From NCBI RefSeq assembly GCF_020745735.1, contig NC_083449.1:13131868-13195867 (forward strand): a stretch of DNA of 64,000 nucleotides, read 5' to 3'. A program made the translations under genes and the position numbers. Below are positions 1 through 11,409 of the stretch, one piece after another (the first letter of the stretch is position 1; each line of letters begins with the position of its first letter). Under the pieces are notes generated by a model. The model had not been told where the DNA came from and searched no databases. It saw only the letters and a list, made by a program, of their open reading frames with translations. Source of the DNA: Hemiscyllium ocellatum. Taxonomy: Eukaryota.

Positions 1-530
1 ACCCCAGAACAGCAGCAAGACTGGCCCCGGAAATGTGGGCCTTTTACTGATCTCTGATCGAGTCCAATAGGGAGGGCAACTTGAACATCTTCTCGAAAGG
101 CGGTGTTCGCTGTTAACGCGCCCACGCCGGAGAACGTTCCCTGATGTTTGATCAATATAACCGGGTGCTCCTGAAATGGGAAGGAAAGGATTAGTTGTAC
201 ATTGCAGTGTTTGGCGCCTTTTTTGTTTCCGCTGAGCTTCAAGTTCAGAAAATCCCCTTCCAGATCAGAAATGGGCAGATTGAAGTGGGCGGGGGAATGG
301 GGTAAAGGGAGACTGTGTAAAGTGTACATTTTAAAAGTAGGATTAACTCGAGTATTCGTGCATTCTTCCGTGTTAAAGTATCCCCTTTCCATGACATATT
401 GGCGGGCTTTTCAAATTGGAAAGAAAGCGGTTGATGATGTGGGGCCGGGAGCTTCCGCCTTCCTCCCCGGGCCCCCTCCGGATTGGCGAATGGAGCAGTT
501 CCCTGTTTGGGAATTGAAACAACGTTTAGG
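1..530 (+). pseudogene. Orphan copy of the H2A upstream module with no H2A CDS
   Basis: Colinear but diverged relative to ~6110-6660; 399-442 is identical to 6537-6580. Confidence 0.8.
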
Positions 531-1002
531 GGATCTTGGAGAGGTTTGAAGGAGAATGGGTGACCTTTAGGGGAAAAGAGAACTTTCTGAAGGGAGTTGG
601 GGCAGGAGATGCTGGGGAAATGTCACTGATTAACATTTTATTTTCAAATCTCCATGCGAGTATTGCCCGGATGTAAAATGTTGTAAATGTTACTGTCTGC
701 TGTCAGTGACAAACTTTCAAAATGTAAGGGACACAGTTTAGAGTATGAGGCGAAGAAAGAAATGTGGAACTTGCTGATCTTGTTATTTCACAGCGAGCCG
801 TTGGTGACGGTTTATGAGCTGAGGTGAAGACTTGATAACCATTTGTCTTTTTTATTATTAGATAAGGGAGTCTCTGGGTATGGGCAGCAAGCAGGGACAT
901 GTGATTCAAACCATAACTGGAGCAATTTGTGATCATTTCTTATGACAGAATACAGAGGGGCATTTGAAAATGCCACAAAAGTCTGACTTTTGTGATGGTT
1001 TT

Positions 1003-4000
1003 CATAGAGATGTACAACATGGAAACAGACCCTTCGGTCCAATCTGTCCATGTTGACCCAGATATCCCAACCCAATGTAGTCCCACCTGCCAGCACCCAG
1101 TCCATATACCTCCAAAATCTTTCTATTCATATACCCATCCAAATACCTCCTCTGGCAGCTCATTCCATACACGTACCACCCTCTGCGTGAAAAGTCCCTT
1201 TGGTCTCTTTTATATCTTCCCCTCTCACCCTAAATCTATGCCCTCTAGTTCTGGACTCCCCAACCCCAGGGAAAACAATTTGCCTATGTATCCTATCCAT
1301 GCCCCTCATAAATTTGTATACCTCTATAAGGTCAACCCTCAGCCTATGACACTCCGGGAAAACTGCCCCAGCCTGTTCAGCCTGTCCTTGTAGCTCAGAT
1401 CCTCCAATCCTGGCAATATCCTTGTAAATCATTTCTGAACCCTTTCAAGTTTCACAGCATCTTTCTGAAAGGAAGAGACCAGAATTGCACACAATATTCC
1501 AACAGTGGCCTAACCAATGTCCTGTACAGCTGCAACCTGACCTCCCAACTCCTGTACTCAACACTGACTAATAAAGGAAAGAATACCAAATGCCGCCTTC
1601 ACTATCCTATCTACCTGCGATTCCACTTTCAAGGAGCTCTGAACCTGCACTCCAAGGTCTCTTTTTTCAGCAACATTCCCAAGGACCTTATCATTAAGTG
1701 TGTAAGTCCTGCTAAGATTTGACCCCAATCTGAATTAAACTCCGTCTGCCACTTCTCAGCCCATTGGCCCATCTGGTGCAGATCCTGTTGTAATCTGAGA
1801 TAAACCTCTTCACTGTCCACCACACCTCCAATTTTGGTGTCATCTAAAAACTTACTGACTGTACCTCTTATGCTCGCATCCAAATCATTTATGTAAATGA
1901 CGAAAAGTCGAGGGCCCAGCACCGTTCCTTGTGGCACTCCACTGGTCACAGGCATCCATTCTGAAAAACAACCCTCCACCACCACCACCCTCTGTCTTCT
2001 CCCTTTGAGCCAGTTCTGTATCCAAGTGGGTAGTTCTCCCTATATTCCATGAGATCTAACCTTACTAATCAGTCTCCCATGGGGAACCTTGTCGAACACC
2101 TTACTGAAGTCCATATAGATGACATCTCCTCCTGCTCTGCCCTCATCAATCCTTTGTTACTTCATCAAAAAACTCAATCAAGTTTGTGAGATATGATTTC
2201 CCATGCACAAACCCATGTTGACTATCCCTAATCAGTCCTTGCCTTTCCAAATATGTCCTGTCCCTCAGGATTCCCTCCAAGTTGCCCACCACCTAGGTCA
2301 GGCTCACTGATCTATAGTTCCATGGCTTGTCCTTACCACCCTTCTTAAACAGTGGCAGCACATTTGCCAACCTCCAGTCTTCCAGCACCTCACCTGTGAC
2401 TATCAATGATACAAATATCTCAGCAAGAGGCCCAGCAATCACTTCTCTAGCTTCCCTCAGAGTTCTCGGGTACACCTGATCAGGTCCTGGGGATTTATCC
2501 ATCTTTAACAGTTTCAAGACATCCAGCACTTCCTCCTCTGTAATCTGGACATTTTGGAAGATGTCACCATCTATTTCCCTACAGTCTATATCTTCCATGT
2601 CCTTTTCCACAGTAAATACTGATGCAAAATATTCATTTAGTATCTCCTCCATTTTCTGTAGCTCCACACAAAGGCCGCCTTGCTGATCCTTAAGGGGCCC
2701 TATTCTCTCCCCAGTTATCCTTTTTCCTTAATATATTTATAAAACCCCTTTGGGTTCTCCTTAATTCTATTTGCCAAAGCTATCTCATATCCCTGTTTTG
2801 CCCTCCTGATTTCCCTCAACTATACTCCTACTTTCTGTATACTCTTCTAAGGATTCACTCGATCTATCCTGACTGTATCTGACATATGCTTCCTTCTTTT
2901 TCTTAACCAAACCCTCAATTTCTTTTGTCATCCAGCATTCCTTGTACCTACCAGCCTTCCCTTTCACCCTAACAGGAATATATTTTCTCTAGATTCTTGT
3001 TATATCATTTCTGAAGACATCCCATTTTCCAGCCGTCCCCTTATCTGTGAACATCTACCTCCAATCAGTTCTTGCCTAATACCTTCAAAATTGGCCTTTC
3101 TCCAATTTAGAACTTCACTTTTAGATCTGGTCTATCCTATTCCATCACTATTTTAATATGAATAGAATTATTGTCACTGACCCCAAAGTGCTCCCCCACT
3201 GACACCTCAGTCACCTGCCCTGCCTTACTTCCCAAGAGTAGATGAAGTTTTGCACCTTCTCTAGTAGGTACATCCACGTACTGAATCAGAATATTGTCTT
3301 GTACACACTTAAGAAATTCCTCTCCATCTAAACCTTTAACACATGGCTGTCCCAGTTGATGTTTGGAAAGTTCAAATCCCCTACCATAACCATCCTATTA
3401 TTCTTACAGATAGCTGAGATCTCCTTACAAGTTTGTTTCTCAATTTCCCTCTGACTATTGGTGGGTCTATTATACAATCCCAATAAGGTGATCATCCCTT
3501 TCTTCTTTCTCAGTTCCACCCAAAAAAAATTTCCCTGGATGTATTTCCAGGAATATCCTCCCTTAGCACAGCTGTAATGCTATCCCTTATCAAAATGCCA
3601 CTCCCCCTCCTCTTTTGCCTCCCTTTCTATCCTTCCTGTAGCATTTGTATCCTGGAACATTCAGCTGCCAGTCCTGCTCATCCCTGAGCCATGTTTCCGT
3701 GATTGCTATGATATCCCATTCCCATGTTCCTAACCATGCCCTGAGTTCATCTGCCTTCCCTATAAGGCCCCTTGCATTGAAATAAATGCAGTTTAATTTA
3801 TTAGTCCTACCTTGACTCTGACTGTTTGACTCACTTCTGTTCTCAGTTGTACCCATCTCGGATCGATCTCTTTCCTCACTATCTCCCTGGGCCCCACCCC
3901 CCACCTTACCAGTTTAAGTCCTGCCTAGCAGTTGTAGCAAATTTCCCTGCCAGTATAACAGTCCCCTTCCAATTTATATGCAATCTGTCGTTCTTGTACA

Positions 4001-4925
4001 GGTCACTTCTACCCTAAAAGAGATTCCAATGATCCAAAACTGTGAATCTTTCTCCCATGCACCAGCTCCTTAGCCATGCATTCATCTGCTCTATCCTCCT
4101 ATTCCTGCTCTCTCAAGCTCATAGCACTGGGAGTAATCCAGATATTACTACCTTTGAGGACCTCCTTTTTAAAATTCTGCCAACTCTGTAATCTCCCTTC
4201 AGAATCTCAACTTTTTCCCTTCCAATGTTGTTGGTTCCAATGTGGACAATGACCTCCTGCTGGCCCCTCTCCCCCATGAAAACATTCTGCACCCTCTCTG
4301 AGACATCCTTGATCCTGGCACCAGGGAAACAACACACCATTCTGCTTTTCCTCTACTGGCCACAAAAACGTCTGCCTGTACCTTGGACTACAGAATCCCC
4401 TAACACAATTGATCTTGGAGTCTGACGTACCCTCGATGCATTAGAGCCAGTCTCAATACCAGAAACTTGGCTGTTTGTGCTACGTTCCCCTGAGAATCCA
4501 TCACCCCCTACATTTTCCAAAACAGCATACCCATTTTGGAAATGGGTATATCCACAAAAGACTTCTGCTCTAGCTGCCTACCTCCCTTACCCTACCCTTA
4601 CCCATCTATGTGACTGTATCTGAGACTTTCCCCCCTTTCTATAACTGCCATCCATCACATACTGTAGCTGTTGCAAATTCCTCATGGCTTCTATTTGTCT
4701 CTCCAACCGATCCACTCTATCTAATAAGATTTGCATCCAACAGCATTTATGGCAGATATAATCTGCAGTAACCCTTAAACTCTCTTTAAATTCCCACATC
4801 TGACAAGAAGTACATATCACTGCAAAGGCTATTTTTGCTCCTTCACAATCTACAGACCCAGAAAATAGCACCGTCTAGTCTGCCTTTCTCCCTTTTAATA
4901 TGCTATTGTTTTGACTTTTTTTGTC
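1003..4925 (-). mobile_element. CR1-clade LINE, near full-length, decayed (ORF1 Zn-finger/esterase; ORF2 APE + RT)
   Basis: Fragments: AVICTSCQMWE..YICHKC, VCCFPGARIKDV..IVHIGTNNIG (SGNH esterase), LNCIYFNARGL..IIAITETWL, VGDLNFPNINW (APE), SGVPQGTVLGP..YINDLD..FLDDTKIGG (RT). Confidence 0.95.
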
Positions 4926-4964
4926 CCTAATCTCTGTCCCTTACTCTGGATACATTGTTAATGA

Positions 4965-5690
4965 TTTGGAGATGCTGGTGCTGGGCTGGCCTGTACAAAG
5001 TAAAAAAAATCACACAGCACCAGGTAATAGTCCAACAGGTTTAATTGGAAGCACAATCTTTTGGAGCGCTGTTCCTTCATCAGACAGTTGTGTAGTAAAC
5101 AATTGTTAGACACAGAATTTATAGCAAAAGTTTACAGTGTGAGGTAACTGAAATTATACATTGAAAAATACCTTTATTGTTTGATAAGCCTCTCTTCTGT
5201 TAGAATGACCATGACCGTTTCACGTCTTTCAGATGAAAATCACAAAACTTATTTTAAAAGTTACATTCTCAGGTTAACTGGTGTCAGGCCAGATAAGATG
5301 TTGAAGGTGTTAGCCCTCTGTGTTCTGTTGTCTGTGTTGGAATGTTAAGACTGATTCTAACCTAACAAATGAGTGAACAGAGTCGAACATGGATTCATGC
5401 AGTTTTTGAGCAAAGTTCAAATTCGCCTCACAAACACAGATGCACATATGGGTTTGTGGGAAGTGGGGGTGGTGAGGTGGTGGTGTGTATTCTGAGTGTC
5501 TGAGAGAGTGAGTGAGTGTGAGTGTAAAGGTGTCTAAGTCTGTGAGAGGGTGCATGTGAGTTTGGGAGTGTGTCTGTGTGTAAAGGAGCAAGTGTGTTGG
5601 AGTGTCCCTCTGTATAGTGCAATGGTAGTCACCAGTAGTGTGACATGCACCAGAGGTCCCAGTTGAGCTCCTCCCTATAGGTACCAAACG
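4965..5690 (-). mobile_element. Penelope-like element family A, 3' fragment with degenerate hammerhead
   Basis: Homologous to 27680-28568. Minus strand CTGATGAAGGAACAGCGCTCCAAAAG at ~5058-5083; CA-rich 3' region. Confidence 0.8.
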
Positions 5691-5999
5691 TTTACAAAAA
5701 TGGTTAACAGACATGCGCATTAAACTGAGAAATGCTAGAAGTCTCTACATGGAACTACAATACAAATAAATGAAATTGCAAACTCTTGAGGCGGGGTGTT
5801 GGATGGACGGGGTGAGGCCTTCATAAACAACCTCTCCCTTGTCTGTAGAGAGACAGCAGATTAAACCCCAGAGTCAGTTCTCATTTATTTGTTCAAGTTA
5901 CTAAAACGCCGAGGTGGATTGTTCACATTTAATTTCACTCATTGAAAGCAAAACATAAGCGCCCACATTCTTCAGTCCCACGGACAGATGCCTTTTAAC

Positions 6000-6760
6000 A
6001 TCTGCATTTTATTTTCATTTCCAATGCGCGGGGTGAATGGAATTTTTCAGGATTGCAATAAAAGCCCTTCCTCCAGCTGTCAGTGAGAGGCTTTCAAAGT
6101 GAACCGAGATAACACCAAAACAGGTGCCGGACTGAAATGGGAATTGTGGTGCTTTTGTTGGATCTAATCTCCAGCAAGAAGAGAGGAAGACTTTCAAACA
6201 TAGTCTAAAAACGGTGTTTCCAGTTGGTACGCTGAGCCGGAAGAACGTTGTGTGCTGTTTTATCAGCATGTCGTGGGTGCTATTGAAATGTGAAGTGAAA
6301 AGACAAGTTGCAGACTGCAGTGTTTGGCCGGTTTAGTTTCAGCTTCAATAACCCACTGTCAAGATCAGAAAAGGATAGATGTGGGTGGGCAAATGAGGGA
6401 GACAGAGATCGTGTAAAGTATACATTGGTATTCTTAATGGGAAATTAACATATGAGGACTAGGAATTATTCTTTGTGAAACTTCCTCAATATTTTGTACC
6501 TGATCTTTCAATCGAAAACATTTTCCTTTCTTTAAATTGGCGGGCTTTTCAAATTGGAAAGAAAGCGGTTGATGATGTGGTGCCGGGAGGTTCCGCCCTC
6601 CAGCCCGAGCCCTCTCCGGTTTGGCGGATGAAGCAGAAATCTGATTGGGAATTGAAACAACATGAGGAGATGGTGAACAATGTGACCAATCAGCAATGGC
6701 CGCCTCCCCAATCCCCACCGAAGGTAGAAGAGGCCGCAATGTGGGCGGATTGCAGCATTC
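6000..6760 (+). promoter_or_regulatory. H2A upstream/promoter module (E2F/CDE-CHR-like block at 6537-6580, CCAAT at 6686)
   Basis: TTGGCGGGCTTTTCAAATTGGAAAGAAAGCGGTTGATGATGTGG; ATTGG and CCAAT boxes; no canonical TATA. Confidence 0.7.
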
Positions 6761-6789
6761 TCTGTGGAAGTGCTTGTGAGATTGTGACA

Positions 6790-7182
6790 ATGTCTGGAAG
6801 AGGAAAGGGCAGTGGGGGCAAAGCTCGCAATAAGGCCAGGTCTCGGTCATCCCGGGCTGGCCTGCAGTTCCCGGTGGGCCGTGTTCACAGGCTCCTGAGA
6901 AAGGGCAACTATGCTGAGCGGGTGGGGGCCGGAGCGCCGGTCTATCTGGCTGCGGTGCTGGAGTATCTGGCGGCTGAAGTGCTCGAGTTGGCCGGGAACG
7001 CGGCCCGGGACAACAAGAAGACCCGCATCATCCCCAGGCACCTGCAGCTGGCCGTGCGCAACGACGAGGAGCTCAACAAGCTGCTGGGAGGGGTGACCAT
7101 CGCTCAGGGCGGGGTGCTGCCTAATATCCAGGCCGTGCTGCTGCCCAAGAAATCCGCCGCTGCTGGGGCCGCGAAAAAGTGA
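6790..7182 (+). CDS. H2A: Histone H2A, replication-dependent (130 aa), with variant N- and C-tails
   Basis: ATG at 6790 opens [13 protein letters not shown]...[30 protein letters not shown]...[20 protein letters not shown]. Intronless and followed by a stem-loop. The upstream extension in the ORF track (from 6475) is promoter sequence. Confidence 0.98.
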   Translation: MSGRGKGSGGKARNKARSRSSRAGLQFPVGRVHRLLRKGNYAERVGAGAPVYLAAVLEYLAAEVLELAGNAARDNKKTRIIPRHLQLAVRNDEELNKLLGGVTIAQGGVLPNIQAVLLPKKSAAAGAAKK

Positions 7183-7212
7183 AGGCACCGTTCTTGAATC
7201 TGACAACCCAAA

Positions 7213-7228
7213 GGCTCTTTTAAGAGCC
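7213..7228 (+). terminator. Histone mRNA 3' stem-loop of H2A (purine-rich HDE at ~7244-7252)
   Basis: GGCTCTTTTAAGAGCC flanked by CCCAAA and ACCCA; GAAAGAGAG lies ~15 nt downstream. Confidence 0.97.
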
Positions 7229-8257
7229 ACCCACAGCATCTGGGAAAGAGAGGAGACCCTGCCAGCTAGCCGATTAATGTTGCCTTTTAATGTGAAGGGC
7301 CCGGGATGTGGTCATTGATCGTGAATCATGCTAATAATCGCGAAAAGAAATTAGTTTTATTTCAATACGGAGAGGACCGGACATGGATCCCGGTGTCGGT
7401 TATTTTCTGTCTCGTTGTTGGAGACTGTATTGTCACTGTGGGAGCAGGGAGAGTTTATCATCAAATGCAATTGTGACACGTTCTGGAAATGCATTATTTC
7501 TCAGTGCACGGCCATTGCCTGAGTGGCCTCACTCTGTAGTTCTATGTCCAATGTGTTTACAGTGGCGACATGAATATGCCCGAGCGGGTCTGACATTCAC
7601 ACTGGTGTCACATTCCCTTTAACAGCGTGAGGAAGAGCTGAATTGCCCCAGGGGAATATGTAGTCAGTCGATGCAGCATACAGGGAGGAGCGGGGCGGAC
7701 TCTCCACGCTTTCTCCGCTGCCAGGTCCATATACAGGCTTTTCTCCTGCCTCCAGAGAGAGAGAGAGAGCACATTAAACACCAGTGAGGGAGTTCTCAGC
7801 TGTCAAGGAGGGATGGCGGGAAAGTGAGATTGTGTGAACTCTAGTTTCGGAATCGAGAAACAGATCAACGCGTCCGTATCCCTGCATCCTCCAATGGGAA
7901 ACCGCTCTCCTCCCCATGTTGGCGGGCTTTCCAAGTTTGAAAATAAGCGGTTGATCTCTTGGCTCCAACTGTGTCCCTCCCCTCGCCAGCCCCAAACCTT
8001 GTTAACACCAAAGGAGACAATAAGGAGAGGGGGATTGTCCATGAACTTCTAAAATGACACTCCATAATATAATCCCATAATAAATCCTGCACCACTGAGG
8101 ATCTGATGAGATGTAAATTCACTGCCGCTGCCAGTGAGTTCTGCCTCTTACCAACGCCCCACACACGCACTAACCTGGCCCTATATTCTCCCTGTCCGTA
8201 TAATAACGATAACAATGATCCCCCCCGTGAATTCCTGCTCCCTCTGGATGGTGTGGT

Positions 8258-8273
8258 GGCTCTGAAAAGAGCC
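8258..8273 (-). terminator. Histone 3' stem-loop of H3
   Basis: Minus strand reads GGCTCTTTTCAGAGCC-ACCAC, followed by a purine-rich AGAGGGAGC. Confidence 0.97.
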
Positions 8274-8326
8274 GTTGTGTGTCTCTCTGTTTAGGGGTGA
8301 ATGTACAGGGCCGGCCGCGCTCCCGT

Positions 8327-8752
<426 letters not shown>

Positions 8753-8805
8753 CTAACACTCACACAGGCTGCTGCTGCTGTCAATGCTGAGGCTGCTGCA
8801 GTGCT

Positions 8806-8850
8806 GCCTTTTTAAGGGAATGGAGAGCCCGCCCTAGAGCTGGGATTGGA
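8806..8850 (-). promoter_or_regulatory. H3 core promoter (TATA-like TTAAAAAGG, GC box, CCAAT box)
   Basis: Minus strand: CCAAT at 8845-8849, GGGCGGG at ~8828-8834, TTAAAAAGG ~70 bp upstream of the ATG. Confidence 0.75.
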
Positions 8851-9035
8851 TATAGACCCGTCCCTCAGCTCACTGAGAAACCGCTCCGGAAGGTGCAGAA
8901 AAGGCAGGAAAAGAATCATTGCAGGCCCGCCGATTTCACCCTCACAAACCCGGAGATGAAATTAAACAAGAAGAAGCAAAACACCATGGGTCCCCAATTA
9001 AGGTAAACTGTTATACTTCGTAGCAGTATTTTACA

Positions 9036-9224
9036 GTTGAAAATGCGTTGCTAGTTAAAGCACAGCAGGTCAGGCAGCATCCAAGGAAATTCGACGTTTC
9101 GGGCATAAGCCATACCCGAAACGTCGAATTTCCTATTCCTTGGATGCTGCCTGACCTGCTGTGCTTTAACCAGCAACGCATTTTCAACTGTGATCTCCAG
9201 CATCTGCAGACCTCATTTTTTGCC
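9036..9224. mobile_element. Short foldback Penelope-derived element with 14-bp TSD
   Basis: Inverted arms (AAAGCACAGCAGGTCAGGCAGCATCCAAGGAA / TTCCTTGGATGCTGCCTGACCTGCTGTGCTTT). AGCAGTATTTTACA occurs at 9022-9035 and 9225-9238. Confidence 0.88.
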
Positions 9225-9773
9225 AGCAGTATTTTACACTCCAGTTAGCAGTGAGGGCGGACAGGGGGCGGGATCACTGCCTGATCTGTCTGTCACAGGC
9301 AGGAGGAAAACGCGGGCTTTTTAACAGCCCGTACAAACTGAATGGGCAACGGATGTTAATGAAGCGATGCAACCGCGCCGCTTTAAACAAAGATACTGAA
9401 ACACGGCCCACTGTCCTTGGGCAAAGTTCGCCAATCTCAGCCCGAGTAAGCACAGGTTTTTATAGTCAATTGCAGTGAACCTGAATACAATTGCCATTGT
9501 AGCCTTCCACATAAACCTGTCGGTATAACGTGGCGTTGGGTCAATGTTAACAACTTACATTGAAACAGGCCGATGGAAAGATCAAAGCGCAAAACTATTA
9601 TCCCCACAAAGCATGGAATACAAATACTGCAATATACAACATTAGTGTCTGGGCAGAATTACCAATCGCGATGTGATGTATTAAACGTGCAGTAACCTGG
9701 TACAGAACACCATCCGCTCCCTCTGTGCCCTCTCCGGCCTCAGGTCTCCGCTCTCAATGGGAAGATTTGGGAT

Positions 9774-9789
9774 GGCTCTGAAAAGAGCC
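9774..9789 (-). terminator. Histone 3' stem-loop of H4
   Basis: Minus strand reads CCCAAA-GGCTCTTTTCAGAGCC-ATCCC. Confidence 0.97.
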
Positions 9790-9821
9790 TTTGGGTTCGC
9801 TGGAAAAGGGTCGCTTGATGC

Positions 9822-10142
<321 letters not shown>

Positions 10143-10185
10143 TCACTCCAATCGCTGCTGAATGAGAGCCGAGCTGCCTGCCCTT

Positions 10186-10222
10186 CCTTTTTTATACAGC
10201 CCGGCCCGACCTGACTGAGAAA
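10186..10222 (-). promoter_or_regulatory. H4 promoter: TATA box and H4 site II/HINFP-like element
   Basis: Minus strand TTTCTCAGTCAGGTCGG resembles the vertebrate H4 element TTTTCAATC(A/T)GGTCCG; it is followed by GTATAAAAAAGG. Confidence 0.7.
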
Positions 10223-10794
10223 GGGTTGACAGAGAGTGAGAGGCTGGTCCGGAGAGGAAACGGAGTGACAGACAGAGTGATCCTGCAGCTCCGCCTCCAG
10301 CTAACTGCAGCCCCAACTCTCTCTCTGGAACTAAAGCTTTTCTCCACAATGGCACAGAATTCAGAGTAAAAGATCAAAGTGTCATACAACCGATGCACAA
10401 ACCCAGATTGCTGTAAAATTTTGAATCATTTAGAGTGGGGATGCATGTTTCGATTCATTAATATAGAAATCCCAGACCTTCTTTCAAGTCACATTCCCGA
10501 GCTAACTTAAGGATTTATGAAGAAAAGATGATATCTCAGCTGAGACAATACATTAAAGGTGTGAGGTTCAAGTCTGGTTTTTTTGCCAACCTTGCGTCAG
10601 ACTGGTTCTATTTCCAAAGTAGGAATTGATAAAATGTCACATGAACTGGCTGCGAGCAGATTGTGTGTAATTTGAACAATATAGTAAATTCACCTCTGAC
10701 ATTGTGTGGTTTTTAATTTCGCTTTATTGTCGAGTGTGGGACAGGGACTGGGTGTAAATCACAGCAAGAAAGTGTCTATCGAGTTTTGCAAATC

Positions 10795-10985
10795 AATCAA
10801 TATCTAAGGTATGTCTGCACTCAGCATAGACCGGGACAGGGATCACTTGATCCAGGCTCAGCTCTTTCCTGAGAGATGTGGGTAGCTCTGAGAAGAGCCT
10901 TTGGGTTCACATGTTTACGTGTTACACCAACTTTGCTTTTTCTGCTTTCTTTGTGACTTTCAATTTGGGCAAAGTCTTGGGTTGA
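10795..10985 (-). pseudogene. Histone H1 relic: last codons, 3' UTR, stem-loop (10884-10899) and HDE only
   Basis: Colinear with 31405-31590, the 3' end of the intact H1. Shared blocks include GCTCAGCTCTTTCCTGAGAGATGTGGGT.GCTCTGAGAAGAGCCTTTGGGTTCA and TGTTACACC. Confidence 0.9.
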
Positions 10986-11409
10986 ATGAGAATGGCCAGT
11001 GACTTCAATTTGCTCCTCCTGCCCTGAGAGTTAACAGTAATTCTCCATTTCAACCAGACTTCAGCACGATAGGTGGTAGCTGAGCACCCTTCAGGGTGAG
11101 CAGGTGCCTGGTCAGACTTGCTGAGTGAACGAACAGAGACTGCCTCAGTTATAATCCTGGAGGATTGGTTACTGGCTCAGTGCTACATGTCCAGTTCTGT
11201 TCACCATATCACTCACAATAACCAATACAATACCAGAGAGATTTGGGGTTGAGGGTTCAATGGTGCAGGTTGCTTTTGGTGTCAAATCGGATCAGTGTCA
11301 GGCATCATTTGGTCATCTGGTGTATTACAGCAGAATGCACACAAATACATAGCAACATCCCATTGTCATGAAACACAGTCATTCGCTATGTTCATTACCT
11401 GGGTTAGAC

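Larger units (their letters stand above)
1..4925 (+). repeat. Direct segmental duplication, copy A (pairs with 44963-50312; left end open at the window edge)
   Basis: Position 1 ACCCCAGAACAGCAGCA equals 44963. Both copies share ~1 kb of unique flank and the same CR1 insertion point. Confidence 0.93.

Noticed and set aside
202-549. ORF repeated at 45164-45526 and partly at 6475, suggesting a small protein family
   Set aside because: It is the duplicated H2A upstream module; TTG/GTG starts and frame-breaking indels between copies.
6475-6789. N-terminally extended H2A (235 aa), and similar extensions of H1, H2B, H3 and H4 in the ORF track
   Set aside because: They start at non-ATG codons and run through promoter/5' UTR sequence; the canonical ATG lies downstream.
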